The notes beneath the pieces were generated by a model. That model saw only the letters and a program-made list of their open reading frames with translations. It ran no database searches and was not told where the DNA came from. Shown piece after piece: positions 12,401-27,400 of a DNA stretch of 64,000 nt. Position 1 is the stretch's first letter. Each line of letters starts with the position of its first letter. The position numbers and the translations under genes are program-made. Source of the stretch: Phoronis australis (taxonomy: Eukaryota > Animalia > Phoronida); NCBI GenBank assembly GCA_002633005.1, contig NMRA01000043.1, positions 1,023,588 to 1,087,587 of the forward strand. The letters are read 5' to 3'.

Positions 12401-15400
12401 ACTGCCTGCATTAACAGTACTCGTGAAAGGACAATTAAATGTCTTTCACATAAGTAGACCTTTTGTGCATTCCTCTGGCTCATCTAGGATCATGTCCAAA
12501 AAACGTAATTTGCAATAGCAAAAGGATAGATGTTGTGACTGTTTTTTGGTCACGTCCATAGAGGGTGCTAGTTGCACTAAATGGTCCTATGAATCAACAC
12601 CATCTCACGAACCTGCAAAGATACCACCGACTTCTCAGCTCGTATAGTTGCCATTTCCTTCTCAAGTTCAACCACTTGCTCTGCAGTGTAATGTTTGCCT
12701 TGAGCCTTTCGTAACTGTTGGAATAATTAGTAAATAGTTTTTATGGGTAGCACATATGTAGAGAGGCATTATTTGAGTTAAAGGGGACAGGCATCTAGTC
12801 AAACAAGTTCCCAGGATGGCAACAAACAGATTTTCAGTGTGTACCTTCACATTAGTAAAATAAAATGTTGTGTTGAAAAGATTTAAAACAACTTATTCGC
12901 AAACTTTAATGTGGTTTCACTTTTTGCTAAGAAGTGGAATTAATTTGTACATCAAGTATAACTTGATGTTAATTCACCTCTATCTCCGCATGTTCATTTT
13001 CAATCTCCATCTTCATTCGTTCCAACTCCTCGTCAATCATCGCTTTATTCTCCGCCTCCCACCGTCGCCTTTCTTCAGCCTCAATTCTCTGCCTTAGTTC
13101 TGCATTTCCCTGCAAAGTGGCGTTCTGGGACCTAGCATCCTAGAGGTACAAGAACAGGATTGAAAAGACCTTGCAATAATATTTCAATAAGCAGTAATAT
13201 TCCTTTCAGGGGTTTCTCATTTTGAGAACCAGTTTTCTCCAATGAACAACAGGCACCAAACTGGTTCTCAAAATCTGGGACCCCTGTAAGTGACCAATGC
13301 CCAATGAGCAACAAGAAACTATAACCAAACATTTGTCAACAGTAATGCCGTGAGCCAGAGTTCGAATTTGGTTGGGAAAACCATGCACCTGCAGAACGGT
13401 AACCACAGAGCTGGAAATTGTGCGGCCGATAAAAGCTTTTTTTTGGAGCATATTGTACTCGATGGCTGTGGGTGTTCTGTGAACTTTGCACCTTGGCTAG
13501 TTGTTGCAAAAATTCATGGCATAAATTTTGAAACTTAGGGAGCTAATGTTATGATGTACAACTATTTGCCATGAGAATTAATGTTATGATGTACAACTAT
13601 TTGTCATGAGAATTCCTTGCCTGAGCTCCCCATTACATGATTTTTGTAATTGTTGAAAGTTGCTAAATGTATGGTAAAACAAGATTTGACAATTATTTTG
13701 TAAATAACATGTAATGGATCAGATAAGTAAGCTTCCTTACATATTTCTGAATATAAAAATTGTTTTTTGATGAGCCTGATTTAACATTATTTGTAAACTA
13801 CAAGGCTTCACAAGGCTTCAGCTCAAAAGCTAAGCCAGAGTTATTTATGTGCAAAAAATTACAATACAAAACAATCAAAAATATTCTTTAATTGTGAATC
13901 CCAATTCGGGTGGACGTAGTAACTCATGAAATGTTTAATTTTGATTTTTACCTCGATACTTATTACCTTCATGTCAAAAAAAATTGAACCAACCTCTCTC
14001 TCAGACCTCATTCTCTCGTCCACCTCTCTGAGACGCCGTTTGACATCTTTTAAGTTGTCAGTTTCCTGCTTCAGTCTCTCTTTCAGTTCATGTATTGCAC
14101 CAACGCGAGCTTTAGTGTCCCCGTCAGTAGCCTTACCTGCAAAACAGAAAGAAAAATAATCACGTGCATATTTAACATTGCTAATAACAGAAGATACAAT
14201 AACAAATAATTACACAAAAAGTTCCTTAAAAATTAAGATATTCCGTTCACATGAGACAGTCCCTCTTTATTGACTGTAATACAAGTGCAAGTATATAATA
14301 CATATATTCCGTTCAAAAGTTCACTAATTAATGCAAAACAGGAACAAACATTTTTTAGTTTCATAATTTTTTAAACTTACATTTAATTCATAGTAGGTCT
14401 GTTTTTGCAAAAACACTATTTTTCTAAATTAAATTAAAATCCAGTTTAATGCCAAATGTTTGTCACCAAATTCTGAGACATTTTCATGTCATCTAATACT
14501 GCGTTATCCATAAAATGTACAGGAAGCACAAAACACAACATTCCAATTTTATACAAATAATTTGTTCTTAGAACACTATGTACCAATCTACATATGAACC
14601 ATGTCAGACAGTTCCAATGTTTGACTTTTTTCAATAATTAATTGTAAAAATATCTATTTTGATATTGATTTCAACAAAAACTTGATAAACAAATTCCACA
14701 TTGTCACTTGACTCAGTTTTGAAACTGGTACGTCAATGAGATCGGGAGTTTAACAGCAGCACTACAATAGCTAATTCCTTCACATATCACCAACTTGAGC
14801 AAAAAAAATGTAAAGGTATGAGAGAAGATACAGCTCAAAGAAGACAACAAAGGAGTGCATTCCAATGAACACACAATTATTCAATCACATCGGGAAATGT
14901 TTCTTGCGATGTTTCCAACAAGTTATAATATTACACGGTCCGATGACAGTGAACCAATGCAACACGAGGCCTGTCCTCATAAGATGAATCACCTTCCATA
15001 AACTGAACACATGGATGTACAACATACATAAGTAAAAGCACAACATTAATACACCAATTACCACTCTCAGTCAGCTTGGAGTAGTCAGCAATCTGCTTGG
15101 TGAGATCTTCTTTCATCACATCCACATGTTTCCTTCTCTCCTTGAAGTCCAGTGTCAGTTGGTCTTTTTCCTTCTGCATCAATAAGATCTTCTCATGATG
15201 TTCCTTATCACCCTTCTTCATACTGTCCATCACCCACTCCAGGATGCCCTGAAACAATGACTGTACTTTACAGCCAACATTTTGGACTTTTGGAGAGGTT
15301 AGCTAGTCCACACGGTGGCTTAGAATTTGGCGGGGACCATTGAAAATCATGGGTGGTGTTCACACACAATAGGCCTTTTGAAATTGACATCCAAGGTCAG

Positions 15401-18400
15401 CAAAAGTAGTTCTTTGTGAACCCTGCTCTTAGTCATACAATTATCTCAGTTACCTAAGTATGCAAATAACCACAGCTTAACAAAGGGTTTATAGTCTTCG
15501 ATGAGAAGATAATTATTTTGTTACTCCCTATAGGTTTTGAATAGGTAAGCCTGGAATGAATCTCAGACAGACTGTCACAAAGCAATACCTCAGGATACCC
15601 TAAAACAATGAGTGCACTTTACATCCAGTCTTACAGCAGCCATTTAATTTTTCTAAGACTACAGAATGCTTAGGTTCTGACACTATGAGCCACACAGAAC
15701 AAACATCTTTGTGAACTTAAATATTGAGAAGAAAACTGACTAAGCTAGCCATAGACTTCATCAACCCAAAACACAGACTGATAAAAATGGATATGTAAAC
15801 CCCAGAAATATGTTTCTATCAGCAATTGAGCAAATATGAATATATAAGAAACACTGTGTCTGTTTTGTTGGTAATCCCAATGAACTCGAATAATCCAATA
15901 ATGCTGCAAGAGCTGATCTGCCTAGCAATGATATAACTTTACAGTACCTTGTTAGCCAGTGTTATCTTCCTCTCTTCTTGATATTTCTCTGACAATTTCT
16001 CCTTTTCCTCCCATGTTTGTCTTTTGGCAATTTGAAGATCATGCACCAAAGCCTGCACAAACATCAACTGCTAATATGCTGGACTAACTACTGATACATG
16101 CTGCTAATATGCTGGACTAACTACTGATACATGCTGCACTTGGAAAACATTGAAGGTAAAGTGTCTTCAAATTAGAAAACAATATGGCAGAAGAGTAAAA
16201 GTTTATTTTATGAAATTTTTTAACCAGAGTAAACAAGGCAATACATCATTATTTGAAAACTTTATTATATTACAACTGTCATCAGCAAACACACAATGAA
16301 ACTTAATGTCAGTGTATTCGTACGTTAACACAATGCTCCACGAGGTACTTATGTGTCTAAGCCTGCTAACGAACACACAAAGCTAATGTTAGTGTACTAA
16401 TAAATTAAACATAATTATCCATATACTTATGTGTCTAACACTCACTTCAATAGCTAACACGTCCTCCTTATTACTGACATCTGCTGCCAGCTTGTTTCTC
16501 AGTCGGCTGATTTCCTCACGTAGCTGTGCAATGACATGACTTGTCTCATCCTAGAATAACCACAAAACGACTCAATCAGACTCAATGAATACTTTGCATC
16601 ACTTTCTCCTGTCACACAATCGAACAAGATAATACCCCAATAGGGCCAACCCGGACTACATGGCGATAGAACTCTCCTTTTTCTGGAGATAAGAAAGTCC
16701 GTGACCTTGGCACATTTTTGTGTCTCTCATTGATGTTGTGAAAGCACATCACATCACATCACACATCCATGGATATTTGTACAGCTTATCAAAGTTCTCA
16801 CATCAGAATTGCAGCCCACAACACAGCAGTAATACTTTGTGGGCATTGGAAGAATGAATAGACTAATACAATCAAGAAAAACGTGTAAAGAATCAGACAA
16901 CATGTCACACTCCAATGGCCCAAAAACGAGGCAGCAAATGTGCCTGACAGACGTTTACAGCATTGTGGGTAAATACAGTGAGATTTGAGTGTTGTTGTGT
17001 AATCTGGGACGGCCCTATTGGAACAATTCTAATAAAATGCAGATGACAGATTAATTCAGAAGTAAGGCAAGCATGACAATTTTATAGTTTCAATCTTTAG
17101 AATTCACTTTTAACAACATTTAATACACAACTGTATTATCCAAGACCAATAAGACAATCCAGAAGTCTTCAAGTAGTGGAGAGCTTTGTACATACCAGGT
17201 TGACAGAGGCCTGGTTCTTAATATTACGTCCAAACTGACCATACTGAAGGGTGGTCAGTGTGTCGGTGACAGATATATCAGCAGGGGAGACAACTGCAAA
17301 CATCACAGTGACAGAGTTTCCACCAAGCGATTCCTGTAAAAAATAACTTAAAAAAATGAAAGCAAGTCCAAAAATAATTAAAAAAAACAATTTTCCTGTT
17401 GCAAACAGGTTCATTGAAAAGGCGGTCACTTATTTGGAACAGTGTTGAATTTTCACTTTTACATGGCACCTTTTCATAAGCTTGTTGCAGGCATCCCCAA
17501 AGGCGTTCTCAAATCTAAGATTTGGTTCATCCTCACATAAAGTTGAAAATGTTCATACTAGTGTAAAGACATCTTTGTTGAAGCCACTATAACCTACTGA
17601 ACAGAATGTTCACACAGTGACAACATTTATGTAAGATGAATTTTATCAGTGACCAAACAAGATGTAAAAGTACAAGTGAAAGTCCACCACCTTACATGTC
17701 ACCATAACAGAGAGATAACTAACTTGAAACTCACTTGTAACAGCCTGGTAATCTTGGAATTCCTGTATGGAACATGTTGACCTTTCTTCTTGGGGTCACC
17801 AAGTACAGAGATGACTTCTGTGACAGACTCCATGCTGTCAATACAGAATGAGAAATGAAATAGAAATTGATCATAAGTACTGAACACAATGATCAAGAGA
17901 TCATCATTGTAATTAGCAAAGGAGAGTAACATGTAAGACTAAACAATCACCAGCGCACCGTGTCTCCTGCATCGAATACTTAACAATCACATTCTCAACA
18001 ACCACGTTACAGCAATCAAAATCCAAAACCATGTGTAGGTACAGTATGACTCGTGCAAGTAGCAACCAATCAGAATGAGAGATTTCATCCAAGTAAGGAA
18101 AAGAACGGCTTATCTGGAAGGCCGAGTCCACAACCTACAACATCCATAAAGAGTTGAGCGAATAACCGACATATTTATTTCCGACTTATGCAAGTTTTCC
18201 CGAAGTTCATAAAAATGCCGCATTAGATTATCACTTACCTTTTGTTGACAACTCTGCTCTCACTAACACCCTCTATCCCGGCCAGGTCCACTATACTGAT
18301 AGTAGAGCGCAAGCCAACTTTACTAGAGCTTGTCTCCTTCTGGTGAACATGAATGGAGAAGATTCCATGAGCCCTGTTAAAAGCCAACGTAAAACATATG

Positions 18401-21400
18401 AATACACTATTCCTGACCTCTGTTAGCAGCCAAGGTAAAACACATAGCCACTAGTCTTGACAACCAAACAGAACACTCTTTGTATAGGAGCTCCACTGAC
18501 TTTCAGTCTTAAACAACATGGAGACTATAAGTTTTAAAATGTTTTTAATTGAAATTCTTCACACTCTGGCTTAACAAGTTCATCATTAAGCATAAGCATG
18601 TTATATCATAGTCGCCTAAACAGATTCTCAAAGTTATTAAAAATTTCAAGAGGGTTACTTTGTGGCAAAACACTTAGACACGTCATGTCCAAAACATTTG
18701 ACGTGCACAATACGAACTAAAATGAGAAAAAATGTGCAGTCGACCTATCATGTGAGGTAACAGGCTAGAAGACGAAATAGGAAAGCCAAATTATGACCAG
18801 GAAATAGCTCAAACATGACTAGGTGACCTAAAATATATGACTCTCGCACAATAAGCACAAATTATAGAATTGTGGTTATGAATGGATATTTTGGACAAAA
18901 TGTACATTTCCAAGAGCCAAAACTACTTAGCTTAAAGGCAAAGGCAACCTTTTTTCATGTCATTTTTAGCAAAAATAGGGTTCGTTGATTATCCCAGACA
19001 TATTTTTCACTTATTTACAGCTTTTCGTAATTTAATTAATTACTCGTCGTCTACTCCGGAAGTGACATTTTGGGAGGCAAGAATTTCGCGCCAATTTCTT
19101 TTCATACAGTCCAACTGTGACAGCAGTCGAGTCAGTCATTGTTCTACCTCAGTTGTGATAAGTTCGGTCGTCATTTGCTTTTGTTTATGAGTCAGTCAAC
19201 ATGGCACGCTGTTGCTGCCTACCGAGAAGTACTGATTATCGTCTCATGTACAGAGGAAGAACTGTCCCACTTGCCTGAGTGTCCCGCAACACACTCCCAG
19301 TGGATGGTGACTTAAGCACCCAAACTGCTTACATCCCGCCGTGCGACTCACTCGTCACACATGTGGCACTTTCTAAATAGCTCCAATACAAGTCCACAAT
19401 AAACTTATCAAACTTAGGCTCACCGATCTGTTCACTGGATGACGAACTATCCTTTTCACTGGGTGTCAAACTGGGCCTGTATTCAATCCCACTACTCAAC
19501 ATCGGGCTGCTTACAGGCTCTGGGCTAGAGACAACAGCACACGGGGAATCACTGCTAGTTCCTGGATTTGCACGCTATGGGGTACATTTGGAGGCATGGG
19601 TGACAGTAGATGAAGTGCCTCCAGTCACTTTTTATAGTGGCCACAGCTCGCTGGCCAGTTCTCGCTTCAAAAACGCACTTCTTGGGAATCAACAGCGACG
19701 GTATGGAACCCTTCTTCAGGCGTTGTTTCGCAGGAACCTTCATCAATTCAGCATATCTCTGTCGTAATCTGACGGCTGAAAATGTTTGCCACTGCTTTGT
19801 ACATTGCGTGAGCGGGTAGCGCTGCGGTCTTCACACGAACAAGCTAGCCAAGTACGGCGAAGTGTGTCATCCTTCGGAAAGCGATGCAAGGTACCCAAAG
19901 CGTGCGCGAGGCGATAATGAGTACATCCTGGTACACAGCAAAAGTGCGGCATGTTGACTGACTCGTAAACAAAAGCAAACGACGACCGAACTTATCACAT
20001 CCGAGGTAGAACAATGTACTTGACAGATCCCACAGTCTAACTGTATGAAAAGAAATTGGCGCGAAATTCTTGGCTCCTAAAACGTCACTTCCGAAGTAGA
20101 GGACGAGAAATTAATTAAATTAAGAAAAGCTGTAATTAAGTGAAAAATATGTCGGGGATAATCAACAGACCTTATTTTTGCTAAAAGTGACATGAAAAAA
20201 GGTTGCCTTCGCCTTTAACAAAATCAAACATTTTATGAAGTTGTATACTGAATGAATGCTACATGATCACACAAATGAACAGAAATTCTCGGGCACATAA
20301 TACTAGGCAGATCCCTAACTTTAAAGCATGTCTGATTCTGCAAACATTGCCATAACATGAAAAATCCATTCAACCGGAAACCTTCTAGTCCATGTTTTGC
20401 ATTTTCTGTTAGTTATTCGTGTTCGAAAGTAGCCGACTTGGATACCTTGGGATAGTAATTCCATTTTCTTCAAGTTTTTCAAGTTGAATTAAAGGTCAAA
20501 GGTTATATTTTGATGCTGTGCACAACTTGCCTTTCATTGTGTGACTTGACATCCTTGGCACCCATCTTCCTTGCCCTAGTGCCTTGCTCATACAGGCGGG
20601 CCAAGTCCTCAGCACTGTGGGCCACCATTTCTGACAGACCATCAACAAAGCTGTAGGAACAACGCAATTAGTTGCACTACAGAGCCACAAGCAACACAGT
20701 GTGATTATTAGTCAACCCACAAGGGAAGGAGCAGATGGCCAAGTCTTAAGTGACTGACTGCTTCACATGTTCAGAATATATATGATACAATAACAGGGAA
20801 AAGCACATTAAGCAGAAGTCATGAAGCATACCTAAGCTCCAGCATACAGAATAAACATAACAGACTGTGAACTTTTGCTTTACATACGACGTGTTTTCAA
20901 AAGGTAAGAAGCACGAATGACACTTGTATTGACATATCCCACGTGTTCATGTTGAATGACACTTGTATTGACATATCCCACGTGTTCATGTTGAATGACA
21001 CTTGTATTGACATATCCCACGTGTTCATGCAATGGAAACAGTTGCAATGTAGACATTCGACACAAGGCTTATTCCCACAATTGAACACTACAGAAGTGTT
21101 CAATGTTGCTTTTATACACCCATGCTCAGCTTAACTCCCCACCCCAAGGTGTTGAACGCCCAACCCCAGGGTGTTGCACGCCCCACCCAAGGATGTTGAA
21201 CGCCCCACCCAAGGGTGTTCAATGTCCCACCCCAAGGTGTTGCATACATGAAACTGCTTTTCACAAACCAGACAACTCACAACCAGGTGAGGATTCAGGA
21301 TGTTGGCCAGGGGGACAACCAATAAAGATTTATAGAGGACAATTTAGAGAGCCCAACCATCTAGATGTACAGAAGACACATAAGATTCCTCCCATACAAA

Positions 21401-24400
21401 AACCGAAAGTCCAGGTGGAATGCAGAGAGCCTGGACTCTGCCGAGTCACATCTCATTAATGGGACACTATCAGTGAGAAAAAAGACTTTCTGAGATCAGC
21501 CTCAGCACAGAATTGAAACTACAACCCCAGTGATTGCAGTCTAACAATAAAAAGCAAAAAATTTAATTAATTATTTAACTGGTACAGTCACGGGCCTAGA
21601 TATCACCAAAATCAGGCAGACAAACCCCAGAATTGGAAATTTGTAATAAAATCATAAAAACAATAAATTTTGTTGTTTAAAAAAAAGTTCTGGTCAAAGC
21701 TAATAACATCAAGAAATCTACACCATCCAACAATTTCACCAAAAATGCTCTTTAAAGAATGATGTACTTGCATGAACCTAACTATGCTAGTGTATAGCAG
21801 GAACTAAACGACAACGCTATTTGAATATCATCTACGCAGAACAAAATGCAGTTGTATTGTAAATCTGAAAACAAAAAAATTCTCCAAACAGGTGACCTTT
21901 GCACTAATGTCGTACCTTGGGGTTCACAGAGCCCGCATCATGCAGTGTTATTCCCCAATACCATGTCACGATACTTACTGGACACGACTGATTGATCTAT
22001 GGCTCATCATTATCGACACAAAACTTATTCTTAAAAATATTTGACAATTTTTAACCCGCTTCATGTTAACATTGTCACTACATGTTGTGGTTCTAACAAA
22101 TTTGACCAAGCAATCACAGAGACAAGGAATTTAGCATGCAAGTTCCACTTTAAAACAAGAAATAAACTTAGCAAATGTCTCACATTCCGAGCTGTGGGTG
22201 CTGCCTCACTTTCATCTGGTTACCATGGGGATTCAACAGGTCTGTCATAACTTCATCCATAATCTCCACATATTGAACACTTATAAAGAAGACCTTTTCC
22301 TTAGCTCCTTCAATCTTCTCAAATAAAACCTTGTTAAACTATACAATAAAAATAGTACATAACCGTATAAAAGATATGAAGTGAATTCAAGAATTTGATA
22401 ACGGAAACAGAAAACAAAACCAATGACATCATATGTAGAATAATAAAATGGCGGTGTCAGTGGACGCAGTCCTCAGGAAGAAACACCATCCTCAACTTCT
22501 TTAACACAAAACAGAACTTGGAGTGAAGTGAACAAGATAAGAAGATATCAGAAATGATTTGTTAGTCTCAAAGCCAATCAATGCTCAAGCATAATCTGAA
22601 ACAAATTCTGCAGTGTCAAAACACACTGATAACAGAAATTCTTGATCAAGCATCACTTCGGCCATTTACTCCAATTTTATAGAAAACTCTATACTGTGAC
22701 ATCAAACTGTGGGCAGAACCATTGATCATTAAATCATCTTTGAGAACTAAAACTGAAGCAGAATCCATATGGGCCATCCATGTTTTTTGTAAATTATATG
22801 ATTTGTTGAACTGCTGGTACCCAAACGGTTTGTTCTGATACTAGTTTCAAATGCCACTGAGCTACACTGAACATTGTTGTGAAATGAATTTAAGTTTACT
22901 TCAAACAGGAGTATGAAATGAAAACTCAATGATTTTACAAAATATTTAAGCCTGTCATTTGTATTACAAGAAATTTACAGAGCTTCGTAACATATAGTCG
23001 TCCTATTCTATCTGAAAGTTTGGTGGATATCCGTTCCTTAGTTTGGTGGATATCCGTTACTTAGTTTGGTGGATATCCGTTACTTAGTTTGGTGGATATC
23101 CGTTACATAGTTTGGTGGATATATGTTACTTAGTTTTTCAATTATTTGATGAACACCACTTTGTCTAGTATTCATTCAAATGAACATTGATCCAACAGAG
23201 AAAAAAATCGAAACCAATAATCTGAGCTGCCAACAGAGGGCAGTACAGAAAATTATTGATTTGCATGATATTTACTCTTACAATGAAAATAAACTGCACA
23301 GAATTTTACGAAAAATGGGTTTAGTATGCTTGAACATTTTAACTGATCATTGAACAATAACCGCTTTTCTAAAATTCTTTGAATGGAAAAACCAGATATA
23401 GAACACAAAAAAACTTACACAGGGTACAATCCCTGGGTCATGCTCCGAGCCTGATAACAGGTAACTCTTCCCTGCACCCGTCTGAAAGACCAACGTAAGT
23501 GATGTTAAAAGAGTGACAAATAAGCATGTTTAAAGTATTCCAATGGGGATTGTTTCATAATCAATTCACTGACTGTGGCCATGCGTGTGGAGTAATTGAA
23601 GTCTGTCTAGCTGAACAAAGCAAAATAATAAAATTCGCATTTACAAAATGTGTAAGCTATTGTTCTGTTTTATTAGTCAATCCAATAATTAGAAAGATGC
23701 AGATATTAATTCATAGAAGACATGTTCAAAAACGCAATACTTCAGGAGAAGGAGCAACTTCTAAATAACATCAAAAGTTAAAACACGCCAGGAAAGAATC
23801 GTCCGTGATTTAATCCAGCGGCAGATAATCTACACAGTGAATCCAAAGTTTATTGGGTTTAATACGCAGACGACATTAACAATGACGAGATGGGACTGGA
23901 AGGGTTCCAACTAAACACAGTTGTACGAACAACACTAACAATACAATGGCGCTGGAAATGAAATGTAGTCTCGTTCACTGATCTGAAACAGTACTTGCTG
24001 ATACGGTAAGAGGACTGCCATCCGAGTTTCATAAAGCTCCATGGTATGACATTTTACAGCGCACTAATATATTTGAAAACATCACAGATTTTAGCAACGT
24101 TCTCATGAAATCACCCTTTCAAAGTCGAAATCCTGTGTCTGTTTGAGCTGTGAGAAACTTTTGTGGTTGTCGGGTTCCGCTGTTCGACCAAACTTACAAG
24201 TTCCGTGCTCGTATGAACACCCCGCAATCTTGCCCAGTTCGGCTAAAACTTGGGTAATTGCCACTCCCGACTTTTTGTCAATTTTTTGGTTTAATCGTCC
24301 ATTTAAGCATCCAGGGCATTAACCAGCGAGTTTACGGTGTATTAAACACGAGCAATGTGGAGCGTTGAAATGCGCCCACGAATGCATCGTAAATGGTGTG

Positions 24401-27400
24401 CTTTTAGGGGGTTTTGTTTGTTTCATCGAAATGGCCACTAGATACCTGTAATACCTGTAATACCTGTCATGGACAGGATCATTGGGAATATGCTGGTGCA
24501 TTAATCCCCTCCCCAGACCATCCCCGTGACAGCAGAAGGCGCAGAACTCCAGGGCTGACGTTGCCTGTAAGCATTTGATTAGACAGCACTAGATGGCACA
24601 AAATACGTCGAATCCGTCTGAAAACCTGAAAATGTCACCGTTTCTTTAAAAGAAAGCCATCTACCAAATTTCATAAAAATTCGTCAAGGAACTTCAAAGA
24701 AACAGAGGAAAATGAAAAAAAATGAAACTGCCACTAGGGGGCACAGTGTTCGTCGGATCCGTCTAAAAGTTGTTGTCTTCTCTTGTTAACTTCATATAAA
24801 TACACGTGCTAAATTTAATAAAGATCCTGCAGAGGGCTTAGGAGATACAGGTATGGGTGCAAAAAAACAAAACTGCCACTAGGAGGCGCCACAGTACTCG
24901 AAGTCATCGGAAAATCATCATCAACTGTCCCTTCATAGAAAGAACATACATGCTAACTTTCACAATCATCCTTAGAGTGGTTTGGTTGGCAGAGGGACGG
25001 ACGCCAAAAAACAGACTCAAAAACAACAAAAATGGCCACTAGGTGGCGCAAACTACGAATCCATCCGAAAATGAGAGGATAGTGTCATCTCACTAATAGG
25101 TGTCTATGTGCCAAATTTTATGGAAATCCGTTGAGGACCTTTGAAGATACAGAGGTGAACGTAAAAAACTAAAACTGCCACTAGGGGGCACACCGGTAAA
25201 CCGATCTGTTCGAAAGTCGTCGTTGTCCGTTGTCAACTTCATATAAATACATTTGCTAGATTTAATAAAGATCCTGTAGAACGTTTAAAAAATACAGCCA
25301 TGAGTGCAAAAACAAAACTGCCACTAGGAGGCGCTTCTGTAGTCAAAGTCGTCAGAAAGTCATCGTCAACTGTCTTCCTCATAGTAAGAACACACATGCC
25401 AATTTTCACAATCATCCTTGAAGTGGTTTGGTTGTTAGAGGGGCGGACACCAAAAAAACGACTCGAAAACTGTAAAAAAGGCCACTAGATGGCGCAAAAT
25501 GCCTCGAATCCATCCGAAAATGAGAGGGTAGCGTCAACACATTAAAATATTTCTATGTGTCAAATTTCATAAAAATCGGTTGAGGACCTGTTTGAAGATA
25601 CGGAGGCAAATGTAAAAAACTAAAATCGCCACTAGCGGGCACAGTGGTATTTGGGTCAGCCCGAAACTCGTCGCCCTCTGCCGTCAACCCCATAGAAACA
25701 CACTTGGCAAATTTCAATAAGATCCAGCAAGGGGTTTAGGAGAAATAGCCATGGACACCGGACGCCCAGACAGAGATGACAGCAATATGCGACCACATGT
25801 AAATATTTGGGCGCATAAAAAAATAATGACAGTTTGCCACATTCTCCACATCTTTATCCCTGCAAGTTATGCAAAATGATACCGCAAGTGAGATCCCATG
25901 GTTTCTTTTTCGTTCTTCGTGCCCAGAAGAGCTCTCACGGGGCGAGAAATGCCAAGTAGTGTGATCATGTGTTTCAAATGGAGTGCATGGTGATATCTCG
26001 TGAAGACTTGCATGATCTTGCACTTTTGTGACTTTCTTATATTTACGGAATGCAGGCCCATAGATGGCAAATAATAATCAAATAAATTGACCCACAATTT
26101 CCCCTTATGATGGCTAAGTGCCAGCGGAATACACCATCGGACTAGCCAGAATGACCAATCATGACACGTCATAACCCCACAAAGGGGAAACAGTATTTTG
26201 TCTGATCCCTTTTGGCATGTACTTTAGCAGTTCGTCAGGAAGACTTCAGTTGGCATGAGTGACAACTGACAAGCATACTTATGGTAGGCGACTCACCGCT
26301 CCGAAAGAGATAATGGATACATTAAAGCCATCTGCCACCTTGTGCACCAAGGGATCAACCTTCTCTTTGTAAATCTGTGTTGTCTTCACCTCACTACCAT
26401 AACTCCCATCAAACACAAATGTTTGATCCTGTGAAGGAAATTAGGAAATGTGAACAAAAATAAAAGGATGAAGAAACTGTAAAAATAATCAAAGGGCAAT
26501 CTATACTATAAATACTTTGAAGCCATTGACAACTTCTTTTCATAGGAGCATGGGATTAAAATCATTCATGATTGATCAAGTAAAAGTAATTGTCACAAAA
26601 GGCCTCATGTTCACATCTGCACAACTTCAGATGATTAGGAATACTTTTTTAACTGTTAGAAATATTTTATATAATACAACACAAAATTCAATATATTATA
26701 TTATAAACGTGTATGCCTATCAGCAAAACCAAGTAAATTGGAAATTATTTCAAGTACTACTGAACCCCATTTTGCAATAAAATCAAGTGTGCAACAACAA
26801 TCACAATCACTGTCAATACAGTATGGCAACATGTTGTGAATGTTAAATGTCATCATAGATTATACACAACAAATTCGCAACATTTTCCTGCGTACTATCC
26901 TAGAGGAGGCGCCACTCTCTTAAATTATCTGTTTCAGTTTCCGGTTAGTGTATTGTGACACAAGAGCCAACCATGATTAGCAGATGACATACCAGAAATA
27001 AAATGCGATAAATTTGTCCAGGTGTTGCAAGTAAATATGACGTTGCTTCTGTAAGAACACAGATTTCGTCCATTGAATGTATACGGAGTTGGCAGTCCAT
27101 GTACTATAGTCCATGATATGACGTACAATTCTGGTAATGTAGGATGCTAGAAAAATGTCCAAATTTGGCTAAATTGGGAACAACATATCTCAGACATGCG
27201 TGGCTGATCGGATTCTCTAAAATGCCATTAGATATTGCTTTTAAAATGCTCCACTTCTGAATAACAGGCTCTCAAGAACAGGACTATTATTAATGATTTT
27301 TGTGAAAAACTCAAAAGTTGTATGAAACAAAAATGTGTTTTTCGAGATTTCATACATCAAATGGAATTTGGCATTTTACTGTTTTGCCATAAATGCACCT

